From Fimbriosthenelais zetlandica (lineage: Eukaryota): a DNA stretch of 64,000 bases. Position numbers and translations under genes: made by a program. Of this stretch, positions 1 through 13,699 are shown piece after piece. The notes below the pieces were generated by a model that made no database searches, was not told the origin of the DNA, and worked only from the letters and a program-made list of their open reading frames with translations. Position 1 is the stretch's first letter; every line of letters starts with the position of its first letter. Location of the stretch: positions 13,330,001 to 13,394,000 of the forward strand of contig OZ365111.1 in the NCBI GenBank assembly GCA_977030845.1. The letters run 5' to 3'.

Positions 1-139
1 CTGGCTGCTCAATGTGTATACTCAGTAACGATCTCACTGCCACTAATTGGGTTCAACTTCAAAGGTTCAATATTTTGAGCCAGGTCCTCTTTGGAGATGG
101 GAAAATATGAGATACTGGCTTGGATTTTTCACCATTGAT

Positions 140-400
140 TACAGCCCATGGGAGAGGTTCCTCTTGTAGTCATCTATTACTCAATAACGCCTCGCCTCCA
201 CCAATATCTGACCATCTAGTAATCTATCAGACAAGTATGTGGTGACCGAACTCACCCCTGTATAGTAAAGGGTAGAAACATAAACACTACTTCAAGGACT
301 CTACTGATTGAAGGTGTTCAAAGTACCGCCTCAAAGTAGACCTCAAAGACTGCACCTCAACCTTTACCTAAAGCAATACTCTGAATCCTCTAAGGAGACT
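140..400 (+). mobile_element. Possible Ty3/Gypsy integrase fossil
   Basis: Frameshifted PWER..LVVIYYS and RT.LIEG..KYR.KVDLK resemble the PW....LLVVDYYS and RSY.V..G..YRRNR.DL integrase motifs. Confidence 0.22.
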
Positions 401-1789
401 CCTGGAAAGATTCTATGATGTCAAAATCTTGAAGCTTTGGATTGTTTGCAAGTTTCTTTTTGTAAGTCTTTGTAAGTCTATCGGATTAGAACCCTAACTA
501 TAGACTAACACAATAACATCAAGGTATAGAGGACCACCAGTTTGGTATCAAATCCATATCTCTAATGATATACTTGCATGACTTTACCTATTTGCCTGAT
601 TAGGGCAACCCGAGGATGTAAATAATTAACTAGTGTATACTAATGGGTTTTTACCCATGAACCTAAAGTCATTTCGGGTCACCATTTAAAATCAAGAGGA
701 CCAAATAATATCATAAATTGAATTTGGCTAAGAAAATCCACTCCGTTGAATTTTATGTCACTTTTCGACTCACTTCACAATGTAAATATCATCAATCTAG
801 GATATCAGCTGAATATTTGACTGCCTAATATTTAAAGGCAGGAAATTTATTGAGAACACATCAAGTCGCCTTGCAGAAATTAAAAAACTGTGCTGGCATA
901 AAAGCATCTCCTTAGCAAGAAGATTTAATTCCCAGGACTGCTATTAGCAATATCTGGATATTCAATTAGGTACCGTGATCTATTTCATTATGATGCATGA
1001 ATGCCTGGGTATTTTTCTTGCAATGGAATAATCTTTGATGCCTCATTTTATGCTGGGTAGCATCGGGATTTTGTCATGGCGAGGAATATGCCAGCCAGCC
1101 TTCCCAATATCAAACTGCATGAGTGATGAAATGAGAAGGATGAGGACCAAACTGTCAGCATTTGTATCCATAATTAATTTGATAAATTCGTTTGTGGTTG
1201 TGGTGCAAAGAGCTTGGCTTTTCTCGCACAAACTTGGATACATATAGGCCTCTATAAGAATAAGGTATATTCCGCTGAAGTCACCCCATCTTGACCCTGT
1301 ATGGTGAAAGCTTTAGGGGCATGATATCATTAGAGGTATTGTCCGCCATTATGAGCATGATAAGCTCACATAACTATGTTATTGTGTATCTCTATTTGAT
1401 TAGCGAGGCAAGGCGTTCCCAGGCTCTGTTCAACATCGAAGCCTGATGTAATTAATTACCTGCCAATTCCATAACCCACGAGGAAAAGGCCTTTAAGATA
1501 TCAACCAGAAAAGATCGTCTGAATTCGGCAGCAATTCAGTTGCGATTCCTTGGTTTCTCAGTAACTGCCATAGTGTGATTTTCCATAAAATAAACTGCAG
1601 AAATTCCGCATTCAATGTAAAATGTAGCCACTAAAACGTTCTTATGTACTAGGAATATGAACCTACATGGAAAATACATTTGTGAGAATAGTACAGACTT
1701 TGTAAGCATAGGGGGCGAGAGCTTCAGTACTGCTTTCAAAATATTATCGACACTCCACCACATATACAACTGCACTTTACATTTAATAT

Positions 1790-2020
1790 TCTCAATAAAA
1801 CTCAACAAAGAACCCCATTGAGAAAGCTCGCATTTGACATTAACAAGCCTCTGTATAGAGAGGCTTGGCAAAGAAGTAACAACTGCAATAACGCTCCTCT
1901 GAGCGGAGAGCAAAAAGCTGCAGCACAAATAGTTCCAAGTATAAAACATACAGTCATGTACTTCATGCGAATCCATGAGGAATTATCCATTGAAGAAGTG
2001 AAAACATTACAGCTACATTA
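1790..2020 (+). mobile_element. Possible MADF/Myb-like DNA-binding gene fossil of a Harbinger element
   Basis: RKLAFDINKPLYREAWQ ... VMYFMR resembles MADF (LWD...Y...AW ... W.YF..M). It lies beside the Harbinger transposase relic. Confidence 0.3.
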
Positions 2021-2179
2021 GCTAATGTAAAACAAATGTGGTGTTTTGTGATATATATGGCGTTAAGAAGTAGGTCTAAAGGCAGTGGAGCACTGCGCAG
2101 TAATACCCACTGGGAAAAGTAGTGCGCTAAGAGCAAAGACGAGTCGAAGGCAGAGAGGGATCCAAGTTAAACAGCATTT

Positions 2180-2720
2180 AAGGCTGGGCTTACTACGATC
2201 TGCTGGCTGTAGAGCCGGATATTCTGATGTGCCCAGTGGCAGTCTTCATGGGTAGAAAGCTGCCAATACAAACACTCTTACCATAGATTAGTTACACGCC
2301 CCTTCCCCAGACTCGAACCATCTGTAGGTCAATACGGCCTGCATATTTGCCAACCAGCATTTAGGACAGATAGTTTTATGCTTCCTTCATGTAGCTTCCC
2401 ATCAATGCCATTCAATTAATTCCAACAATGTTCTTATAATGGAGAGCTAACAGCCGCAGAGCAGCCATTAAAATATACTGTACCGCCAGATAAAAAAAAA
2501 TCCTCAGCAGACTCTCTCAGGTTTTTACCCCGAAATGCTGCGTGTCTCATCAGGTCACAACCTAAGCTTATTGTATAATTTTTAAGCATCAATTCTAGTC
2601 TGTTATAAGCTTACAGCTAAGGCAAATGTCCCATAAACAGGCTCTTCCTAGACATCAGCCTTTCTAAGGGCTCACTTTTATTCATAGCAAGATGTTATCG
2701 CTTTTTGTCCTGTAGTGGCA
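2180..2720 (-). mobile_element. PIF/Harbinger transposase fossil
   Basis: Minus-strand translation gives SISG*KPERVC*G..IW (cf. STISGIVPEVC.AIW), then WN*LNGIDGKLH (cf. WNFPNC.GAIDGKH), then VFVLAAF (cf. GD.AFPL), in correct order, with stops and frameshifts. Confidence 0.5.
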
Positions 2721-5639
2721 GCTGTTTATTCAGCAGTGGCCACATCATTGCAGTCTCATAGATATGGGAAGGGCATTTGATTCACTTGAATCTAACTAAG
2801 AGATGTAGGCATTGATAAAACATTCAATCTTGGTTGTCTATCAATGATGACCAACCATGTGATACCATCCATCCTTGGGATGTATTTAAATAGGACTCAA
2901 CCCTGCCTAATCTGTATGCCATCCAGAAGACTCACATCGTGGTCGTCTGTGTAAATTATAGTTTATGTTGCATCTGCTTAATTAACCCACTTATTTAACA
3001 GCACCATCTAATCACTGAATATGTACACAAGACCCTGTAAAATGTATCTATAGAGAGTGGCATTACCTGTTCCGTTACATGGTAGATTGAGTGCGAGACC
3101 TGGGGGTCGGGGTGGAGGCCCAAGTCGGTGGAAGTCAGGTCGTGGAAAGCAACATGAAAGGGCACCATCGCTTCCGGGAAGCCAGAGTCCGACGGAAACC
3201 AGCATCAGGGCCACCATCTGCAAAGGGCAAGAACGCATAAATGAGTGAAAGCGCCAGGGGATAAAGTATAAAATATCAAAGATAAACCAAAGAAAGGCCA
3301 AGACATTCCTCTCCTAAAGACTGAAAGTATAACCAGGTGCTTCCAATGGTGGAAAGCAGTCCAATGTGGAATACATTTGATAGTACGACAAAGGTTTTAA
3401 AAAGATAGTATAAGGCTCCAGCAATTATGCACAAAAATGATTTATCATAAAAGCAATCTTGTTTTTATTAGCTTCTTCTCTTTCATCACTTCTATGATTA
3501 TGCATTCTTAATGAATACACCACACCCTATCCGTGAGAATGATACATTAGTGGCCTGCAAAAAACTGAGCTCATATCTATCACAGACAGACAAGTATATT
3601 TAGAGAAGCTTAGCAGTAGATACATACAAGATGAGTGTATTATAATTCAAATGCTGGGATTTAGAAAGGAGAAATGAGACAATAGCAATTAGAGTAAGTC
3701 GTCCTGTGGGAGACTATGAAAGAATGTTATAACTATAGGCGTTCAGCAGGCCCAGTAGTAATGTCTACCATAGAGAGACTTGCTGGTTTGGCATGGATAA
3801 TAGTCCCTCAGGGCCCCACCCGCCATCAACAACATGACGACGCTAGCTTCGACTTCCACTACTCTGTAGAAGGGCCGCATGCGACAACGCTCAAAACTGA
3901 TGCCCGCTATTAACTGGCGACGTACATGACTTGAATTGGCAGACATGCCAGCCTGCAAATCAAAGTATGGCGACCATTTTCGCCAATTTTCTCATCTCAG
4001 GGGATCTTACACTTTACTAGATGCGACGTATTCCAAGTGACAGCTGAAGCGCCGATCACGCAACAAAAGGAACTGCTCTTTGGCCCTCACCAGTGGAGAT
4101 ATATGTCTTGTAAGGACAGCTCAATGATCGTGGAGGGAAAGGGAGCTGAGGGAAGTTGGGTGCCCAAACCCCTCGTTTGATCTCTACACTCCCACTATCT
4201 CTTTCAACCCAACTACAAGTCCCGAAATCTAGTTTGGAGGTATGACTTATGGTCCTTAATGGATGCCCCCATGGGTGAGAGTGAGTGAATGTGTGTGGGA
4301 GTAAGGCATGTCCCACTGATGGATCCACTGAGCTAGATGGATCTCCCTGGTAGATGCATCCTATACCAGCCAAACAACACAAGTGGAGTGACTTCTGGGA
4401 AAAGCCAACAACAAAGCAGAAGGCCTGCTGAGAAGTTCCCCATAGAGCTGATGAGTTGATAAAAAGGCAGGTTGTCTGAATTTAAATTGGATTTATAGGA
4501 ACAGAGTCAATACGTTAATGTGAAGGGATGACACTCATGGGAGGCATCAAACTCGGCAGAACATCTGCTTCTGACAAATATCCATTACCTCCCCAACAAT
4601 ATCAAAGATATTGGCCTTTCTTATACTACTGTGTGTGCCACAAAGAGCAAGAGCTTCCTGAGCCCCTCTCTCCCCATCTCCTTAACACTCCCGCCTATTT
4701 TCCCCACCAACGCCCAGCAGGTCTTCTTTTCTATTTGCATGAAATTTGATGTGATTTAGTCCATTTCAACTATGCCATCATCAATGACAAAAAGACGGGA
4801 AAGGAGATGATTTTTCACCCACACGCCTGTTAGTGAATTATTTAGTAGGGATGTTATGATTGATTGTGTCTTTTTCTGGGCGTGCCATCGCTGTGATGGG
4901 GGCTGCCATAATCATCTACCTATCACCATAGTGATTACTGATATCGGATGAAACAGCAAGGAGGTGACTTTTATATTGGGACTTAAAGGAACAGGGAGCG
5001 GGGATGATTCTTCTCTGACAACTTGTACTGCATAATTCAGCACTTGGTGAGAGGGGGGAACTGGTGAGTGGGGATCATAGAGGAAATACAGCAGGAGGGT
5101 TAGACAAAGGCTTGGACCTCTCCTATAGCACTATGTGTGCCCAAGGCTGCATTCATGCACGAGTGATGTATACCTTCTAAGGCAACAGTGAATTGTTTGA
5201 TTTTTATCCCCCAGGCAGCCTTTGTGTCGATATATAATGCAACGCTTACAGCAAGAGTGTCTCGAAATGGGACCGAAGGAATTTGTGAAGTCTGGAGAGA
5301 TTCCCATAATCACAACAAAACAAGGTTATAAATATAATCGTGATCCTTATCTGAAAATCCCTGCTATATGAAATGAGAGTATACATAATTATGTAAGATT
5401 ACAACAACCAGCAATAGTAATCATTGGGCACCTTTCTGTTTACCCGATGTGATCGATCTTATCGTGTAAATCTACGTGTCCAGTTACCTAATGATCACCT
5501 AGCCAATATGTACCACATCACTTACCCTTCCAGACAGGGGCTTCCGACCCTTGCATCCAGAAGCTGTATACACTAATCCACCACAGGGATAATCTAGAAT
5601 CACGGAGGCGATCATAATCTAGCATCTTAAATGCGAAGG

Positions 5640-5920
5640 CCTTATGTAGATATGGATGATATCATTGTTCCCAGAACAAATCTCCCTGGTAAGTATATGA
5701 TAGTGAATTATTGACAGCAACAACTATAGCAGTCATCCAAGGATTTTCATCGTTGTCCCATAATTTTAATTTATTCCAACTTCTATTGAAGCATCCTATG
5801 GTTGAATGTAATCTAAAACCCAACTAAATCCTTGCCCTTAAGCTTCCGGAATTTGTTTCGCTGAATAGTCAGGCTTCGAGCAAGTTGCGTCCTGCTTCTG
5901 CCTGAGAAAAAACAGTATGG
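5640..5920 (+). mobile_element. Possible Ty3/Gypsy RT/RNase H fossil
   Basis: VDMDDIIV at 5646-5669 (cf. YMDDIIV), with a weak AS.KL...EK..Y downstream. Confidence 0.28.
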
Positions 5921-8229
5921 ACATCCACAAATATATATATATTCTTGTTTGAGCCTTATCCGAGGATACCTTGGCTGCAAGACCAACGAATGGCTGGGCT
6001 CTATGTGGTATTAAGGGCTTATCCCTATGTATATAAGCCTCTGAAGCGCTACCTCGGACGCTTGGCGTTGACATGAAGTTCCTCAAGTGCAGTAGATCCT
6101 CAATGGGCACGTAGCCACACATATACGATTTAAAGGGATTGGACATTCATCCGAGAATCAATAATAACTCTCTGCCCCTCCCATGTGGGCCTATCCCATT
6201 GACTGTTTCGTGGGGGTCTCTTGGTAGTAGTTTTGCAGCCTTGTTGCCCCAATTCTTCCAGTTGGCTCAGGGCATGCCCAAAACATGTGAACGCGGGTAT
6301 AGCCATGTTATCGCTTCTGAAGGGTGCGTTCTCCCCCATTTAGGCCTTGTAGATACTTTTCTTTGAAGGACATGTTTAGGATAGTCTCTACTTTTGCTCT
6401 GAGATATTCTCCGACCTCACTTTTCCCTACCTTTCCTTTTCCTCCACCTCATTCTTTCGCTGGCTGCTTTCGGAAATGTCATCTACTTTTTAAGAAGGAA
6501 TAGTTGGCATCATCATCAGGCTGGATCTAGAATCTGATATTTTCAAAATAAACACTTCATCACCTCGCCCCGAGCTTCATTATTCTCACTCAGATTGTTG
6601 GGAAATAATCCATCTTCCCACCAAGTTTGTGGTTAATTTCTAATGCTGTTAATCCTTCTTTGTAATCTAATCTGCGTTTCTGAATGGAGCCAATAGCGCT
6701 TCGATTCACACGTGAGGAAAGGATCGATAAACTTTTTTGGCCCTGCTGACTGCAGAGCACCGGTGTAGGCAGAGGGGGTCGGTCCTGCCAAAGTGGCGAT
6801 AAACACTGGGCAGCAATGAAAAAATAATGAGCTCAAAGAGCATGTTGTGGGAGACTTATTTCACCCTGCTCGAATCAGTTAGCCCACCTCAAAACATGGC
6901 CAAGGAATAAATCAATTATCATATATATTCCGGTAGACCCATTGATTTTAACTGGTTATCAACCAGGACCATCCTACCAATTGGATAAAGTGTATTTTCA
7001 TTGCCTCTCGGTTCTGATGGACTTTTTACCAAGTATTGTTACCAAGTTTCATTTTGGAGGCTATCTCGTAGTTACACGACATTGCAAATTTGATATGAGT
7101 CCTGCCTTTAAATCTCTCAGGGGCATTTGGTTTCAATTGAAAGTTGAGGTAAACATTTCGTGGCACTCCAGCTGAGCCCGGGGGTACTAAACATGCATAA
7201 TACATGTATTATTGAAATACCTCAGGGCGACCTGGAGACATAAATTATTGAACGACTGCGAGAGCATAAATTCTGCATTATTTATACTATTACATGCTAT
7301 TACCAACTGTAATCTGCAACATGCCTTCGGAGGTGAAAGATAAGGAGGACGTCAGCAAAAGGAAAGGAAATGGTCAAATTTGTAGGTCGGCATATTCCGG
7401 GATCTTGTTTCATCCAAGAGATCCCGCACCTCTCGCAATATACTGTTTTGCCGGAAGGATGCATTAATTTCATACATATGGTGATTAAAAACCCCAGGCG
7501 ACCATACATACATCGAAAGAATGCCAAAAGAAAATCCATCTCCATTAGCTGCAAAAAAAAATCTCACATATACACAGACCATGAAACACGCTGCCTGTAG
7601 CGTTAAATTCTACTGGATTCGATAAACCTTGATCCTATATACGTAAATGTTTCAATAATGTACGTACATGTAACAGCTTGGGAACGAGGTCGCGGAGAGG
7701 ATTTCTTAGGAATAAGAGAATGCGCTCCCTCTGTTATACTTTGACATACATTTTTTAAAATGCACAAGGGGCTCTGCGCTCCATTAGATGTATATAAGCT
7801 GCGAGGTAAAGTAATGCATTTGTTGCGAAGAAAAAGCTATGGGTGCATCGTGCCTGGAGAGAGAGAGAGGAGGAGGATATTGTACTGCATACACTGTTGG
7901 CACCTGTCACAGTGTCACACGGCAAGGTGTAATGACAAGTAAAGCCCTCAAGGCACCACATCGACCACCGCTGCGCACCCTATACACTCGCCAAAACCGA
8001 GGGAGGAATTTGATACGAAATATCACAACTCATCTTTCACAGCACCTTCTTTGATTTCCTGCCCTTTACTTTGTCCTTAAGCTGTCGTAACTCCAGCAGA
8101 TCTCCCCCACGCTTCTCGCCTCTAATCCTTTTTTGTTCTTCACATAATCTGCTTCGCCATGGCGCTTCCTCTAATCCAGAAATAACTACCTTCAAAAAGT
8201 AAAGTTATCTTAGATGCTCGATTAAATTG

Positions 8230-8480
8230 GTGCTATCATTTCCAACCACAGGTCCATTGTTTTTTTCTAATTTAAATGAGGCTTATCAGGGAAGACCTAG
8301 TACAGGTATTTATTCAAATTTTCCATTTCATCATGTTGAGGGAATTCGGTCATCGTGCAGCATGTACTGGAGGCACTTTCAGCTCAACTCAATAAAGCGA
8401 TTAGAGATATTGGGTCCACTACCAATGGGACAGATATGACAGATAGCGTACCACAAGGTGTCCTATACCTGTACCTGGGA
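8230..8480 (+). mobile_element. Possible LINE RT fossil
   Basis: GIRSSCSMYW and NGTDMTDSVPQG (cf. GI.G..L.W and NG..S.....GVPQG). Confidence 0.22.
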
Positions 8481-10647
8481 AAAATGAGAAAGGTGTCTCT
8501 CTGTGTGGCTTTTGACCCTCAGATAATATTTCTTCCCATCAGAAATCATGGCACGCTGCCCCCGCTGTCAAAAATGGTGATATACAAGACGAGGGAGAAT
8601 GTATATTGCTGCAGGGCCTGCAGAGCTGCAAGCAGGCCGTAACTAAAACTGTCATTCTAACGCCATTTAACAGTACACATATCGCGCATTTCATTCATGT
8701 TCATAGGACCAAGTCGCGGTATTAGCTGTGGACTTTCTACCTTATCTGACCGCTGAAAAGATTGACCCTTGTCCATATGAGAACTGAAAGGGCATACAGT
8801 CCAACAAGTAACGACTGCCATTGCCTGGAGTGGTGTACACACATGGTAGAGGATAAGGGTAAACAGACAAGCTTGTCCTTTGTCAAGGCTAGATGCTAAT
8901 TTTGGTCTCATGGGTAACATATATCATGATAAATGGTATAGGTCAGCTTAACCATATGTCCCAAGAGATTATAGACATTTTTAGGCAGCGATGTTTCATA
9001 ATGACTGTAAACGCGTTGCGAGTAAAGCACCTTTAAAAGAACTCTGACAAAGGAGCCTTTGTGTACGAAAACATAAAATGTTAATTTTAATGAAAACGGT
9101 CTTCTTCAATTACGCAATACATGTAATTTCCTGTTGTAGCCTGTCATTTGATATGAAGAACCCTTTTTTCACTGGTTTAAAAATACCTCATAAATTTATA
9201 AGCTGAATATGGGGCTTTACTGGTAATTTCAAAAGCAGAATAAATACAATCCCTTATTGTTATGCAGGAAAGCACCTAAAATGGTTGGAGAAAAGAAAAT
9301 TTGAGTGTACAAGACTAGTACTCAGTTAACTCTTAATGCATTACAGTCTTTTCTATCGCTCCATCTTTAATACATCCTACAGAAGGTCCTCTATAAGAAT
9401 TTCTGCCGACTCTGTTCAACTAAAAGTCTGCTGTGAAGCTTAATGCACTCAGATACAGAAAAAATAAGCTCAATTGTAGGCAATTACAATGCTATTCATA
9501 TTTCCACAGAGGAACTACAGTGGAGAGTGGGGAGGGCTTAGCGAGTCTTGTGATTAGAGTGAGTCTCTGGCTCGAGACTGAGACAATGCCCAGGAGCCAT
9601 CATTAGAGTACATTTCATTACCATAATGGTTACAGACACCTGTTTCTCTACCGTGAACTGAATCTCAATGTCCTCATCCCAATACACAGCTCCATGACCT
9701 GTCGGCTGAAGACCTCTCCCACTCGGAGCCACATTCTCATATAGACGTGTCTGTGAGACCATACCCTCAGTCCTACTCTGGCGTGTTAAGCTCAATGGTG
9801 AGTATGTGCTCAGGTGTACTCACCGGGTCAGTATTCCATGCGGACACACTAAAGAAAAGGAGAAGGGTAAGCGACCCACTCAACACGCCCTCGTGGCTTT
9901 AACGTTCTCTAACACTTACATGTCACCAGATGTGGCTCGATGCTGGGATCAGCCTTAAAGAAATCCTTACTACTGATGCTTGTACCGATCGAGCGATGCC
10001 AGGACCAATAAAAAGGCTGCTTCAGTTTTTCCCATACCTATGCCAAGAATTTGATAAACCATCCCAGGTCAAGGTTATATATAGTTCCCTGCAGTCTTTA
10101 GCCTACATGAAACGAGATGATGGCAACATTCTAAAATTTCCTTCATGTTATTTCTGTATTTTTGTTGTACTTCACTTCAAATCTCATCACCTTAAGCTTT
10201 AGGCGAAATGAAGGGAAACAGCATTTTTATTTTTGGCCTAACTGAGATCCAAGTAAATGACATTAAGATCCATACGGTGCCTGCATCCTGCCGTGCTGAC
10301 ATAGTGGAATCCACTCACATGTACGTAATCCTAGTGACAACCATGAAAGGATATTAGTCAACACTTTTTACATGCTTTAAAGGCTGCTTGATTACCCATA
10401 TAATGTGCTGGGTTTATAGTTTCCGATCAAACTTCTCTGGAAACTGGCCTACTGCCCTTTTTTTCTTAAATGAATATAGCACTCAGTGGAATGCAATTGA
10501 CATAAATGATTTCTCATTTTGTTCGGCAGGAAAAAGGGGTCAGATTTGGAATTGAATCCTCTGGGACTGAGCAAAGCAATGAATATAAATTGGAAGAAAT
10601 CAGGGGAAAATAAGCAGAATTGGGATCAGAAAATAAGGTTGTTTGTG

Positions 10648-10717
10648 AACGTGTGTGGGGGTGCATGTGTGAGGGGCAGTGTGTGCGTGTGTTTTAAGGA
10701 TCACACATGTGTATGTG
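10648..10717 (+). repeat. Degenerate (TG)n microsatellite
   Basis: GTGTGTGGGGGTGCATGTGTGAGG...GTGTGTGCGTGTGT. Confidence 0.6.
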
Positions 10718-12199
10718 AAGATATAGAGTGTTACCATCATGGATCTACTTGAGTGTGTGATCCATATTCACCAGTTTGCTGGAGCAGCTCTGAGAGTACA
10801 GGGTCAGGAGGACATGAAAGCCCATTGCTGATCCTGGGTCCCCACTCAAATCCTGGGTTATGGCCAGTAATGCCAGCAAACGATGACCCTCCCTTTGAGA
10901 CAAAACTCTCAGTAAAACATAAATGCACTTCCCCTTTTCAATATTAATGTCTCGCTGTGTTTGCTAATGGATAAATGCTCAAGCAGCGGGTGAGGTACAT
11001 TGCGGAGAGGTAGCGACAACAGAGGGAGGTAGGGCTTTGAACAGCAAGGAAACATCTCTAATGGACACGGATGTACGAGGAAGTATTCCTTGTTTCCCGT
11101 ACCTTCTATTTACCTAAAAATCATGACTAAATGTTTTTATATAAAAAAGCTCTTAGGAGGAGAGGAACTGCTAAGTATCAGATATACTACTAGATAATTG
11201 ATGCCTCTTTCAGCTATAGCCTCCACACAACCTAGTTTCTAGAGGAAGTAACATTATATCAACAAGTAGGCCTATCTGCAGACCTCTCAATAAGCTGTAT
11301 AAGCATCCTTAATAAAAAAATAAATGTCCATCTTTGGTCAAATCTTTGGTCCTAGGAACTTACTAAATCAAATAGTGCGTGAGGAGCACAATATGCTATT
11401 CTGGACCACATTAATAGTATCCCTTGATAAATTCAAATGAGGAAAATTCATAGTCACGGGGAAGGGTACATTACCATCGAGTTCTGACATCGCATAAATA
11501 CAATGTAATACATCCCTTTAAGATACTTTTGGATGGTTTAAATACTTGTAATTTCTAGGTCATTGATTCAATCGGCCCTCATGGATTGTGAAATCACAAG
11601 TCATATGTGGAACCACGCCAGGCATACTTGTCCCAGTAGAATCGCCTCGTTCAATACCTTGGGCCCTTATATCTAATGGTGATAAAAAACAGAAAGCGAT
11701 GTACCTTCATCTGGGACGCGGCCCCTCAAGCTTCAATTTACATTTCACTCTTACCATTGTCATGTCTTTGAATGTCAAAGATCGAGAACTTAGTCGCATT
11801 ACAATTAACTTAATGGAATTTATTGACCTCATTTTAGACATTTGTCATATATGTCCGTGCCAGAAATCTGTCAAAAACGAGGTAGATGAAAGAACCTGAA
11901 TCAAATTATAAGGAAACCATCAGAGCATATGACTAACATCTGGCAGACTGCATTGTTATGGGGGAACTTGCTAATCAATCTCCCATTTGTGTGTACGTAC
12001 TTGGCAGCTACATAAAATGTTCAGCCTTAATTAATCTAGCTGGCTCGTACTAAATTACAGAGCCGGTCATGATAATTCAGATAAATTCTAAGAAGGATGA
12101 TGTTTATGACCAAGCATGATGAGGGTGAAAATTCAATGTAATGATTTGTTATAAACTCAATGTGTGTGGGTGGGGGATAAAATATCCATCCCCTCTGTC

Positions 12200-12470
12200 C
12201 CATCGGGAAGCAGGGGCTGATCATATTTGTTATAATGCGGGTGGTAGCTTCTTGGTGGTCGGTTGTCGGGGTGTAGCCGACAAGGTAGACAAATATGTCT
12301 CAGTGACAGCTTTATGTACCTCTGAATGTCTATTCACACATTGTGCAGGGAGACTGAATTGGGATTATGACCAAACATTTGCAGCTTACTGACACCAACA
12401 ACCATCTGATCCGTCCCAAAATAAAGTTGGATAACAAGACCTAAAGTGGATAAGGAGATGGGTGTCACCA
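12200..12470 (+). mobile_element. hAT transposase fossil (catalytic/CxxH region)
   Basis: ICYNAGGS...GCRGVAD...FTHCAGRLN (cf. GQ.YDGA...G...GV...HC.AH.LNL), followed by RRWV (cf. TRW). Confidence 0.5.
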
Positions 12471-13699
12471 ACCTGCCAAAGGAAATGTAGCGTAAAAGAC
12501 AAAAAAAACAATGGTAATGGCGTGCAAAAGAACAAAATAAGGGACTGGAATTTCTCCCGGCTCGGAGAAATAATTATGGAGATTCCTTCCAGCCAATCAC
12601 ATCTGTCACATAAATCTGAAAGCTTTAAGTACAGACTGAAGTAACTCTATCCGTGGCAGCAGAAAGAACGGTGGAAATTCAGTTTATGGCTGGATTAATC
12701 GCATATTGCATGCTGCGTGTGAGGAGCATTACAAGTTGCAATGGTGGCAATTAGGAAGTAATTGGCAGGGTCGCATGTCGACCATGGCATGTTGCATGAC
12801 TTTAATCAACTCAAACGCCTTATTGATTAAGACAATAACTTCACAAGAATTATTCTGCCTGCAATGACACTCGCCAAGTGGACGCGGGGGATTCGGTATT
12901 AACATTTGGTGATCGATATTTTAATGCTACCACAACACCCCGGAGAGTCGTGTGGCGTTCATATGGCATCTTTTTTTCGGTCCTCGGGGGGTCTTGTTGT
13001 ATGAAAGATACACACGTTCCTTGCCATCTTAAAGGAAATGCTTTAAGGATTGGTCACAAAATGGCCAGACCCCAGTTACCCAAGGTTAAAATAACCTCTG
13101 GCTAAAGAAGTGGCAATGGAAAAAAACTGAGTTTTTCCTGGAACTGAGTGCATCAAATTTCTTCCATAAATAGTTTCTGGGCTTCATAAATTTGCATGTA
13201 ACGTTGTGTATTTATCTGGTGAATAATTTAAACGAGACACGCTTGAAATTGGAGAATACAGCATCACAATATCCACCACCTTCTCCTGCCCATCAAAACT
13301 TCTGGCGTACTCAATCATGTCCCCCGAGTCTTCAACGATAACTTATCAATTCCAATCCTTATCACTCATCCTACATCAGACCATCGATCTGCATGTCATG
13401 GCAAAGCCTGCATTTTAGACGGGCAAAATGAGAAGGAATCTTTGTCAAATTTTACAAGTCACCCATCTTCAGCCAACATATCAGGCGTACCTAATCCATG
13501 GGTCACATGATGATTCATTCGATTCTCTCTGGGCTTCACAGGGCTGTGATGGGAGGCAGGTCCCATCAGGCGGAAATTATACCACATCTACCTCTCCAAT
13601 AATGATTTAACTAATCTTCACACCAATGGGCTTTTAATGTTTGTATCCCAATGACTGTCTGACTGAATGAATGGCTGGGATTCCTGGTTCCTGTATATG

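Noticed and set aside
2300-2360. Pol III B-box-like GGTTCGAGTC on the minus strand (tRNA or SINE)
   Set aside because: No properly spaced A-box or cloverleaf, and it falls inside the Harbinger transposase fossil.
7300-7600. CxxC-like VYCERCG and HHMYEI motifs (zinc ribbon or hAT-like)
   Set aside because: Isolated short matches in different frames, with no supporting motifs.
11620-11860. QGIERGDS on minus, resembling the R4/NeSL RT motif RGIFQGDS
   Set aside because: A single motif with only weak flanking support.
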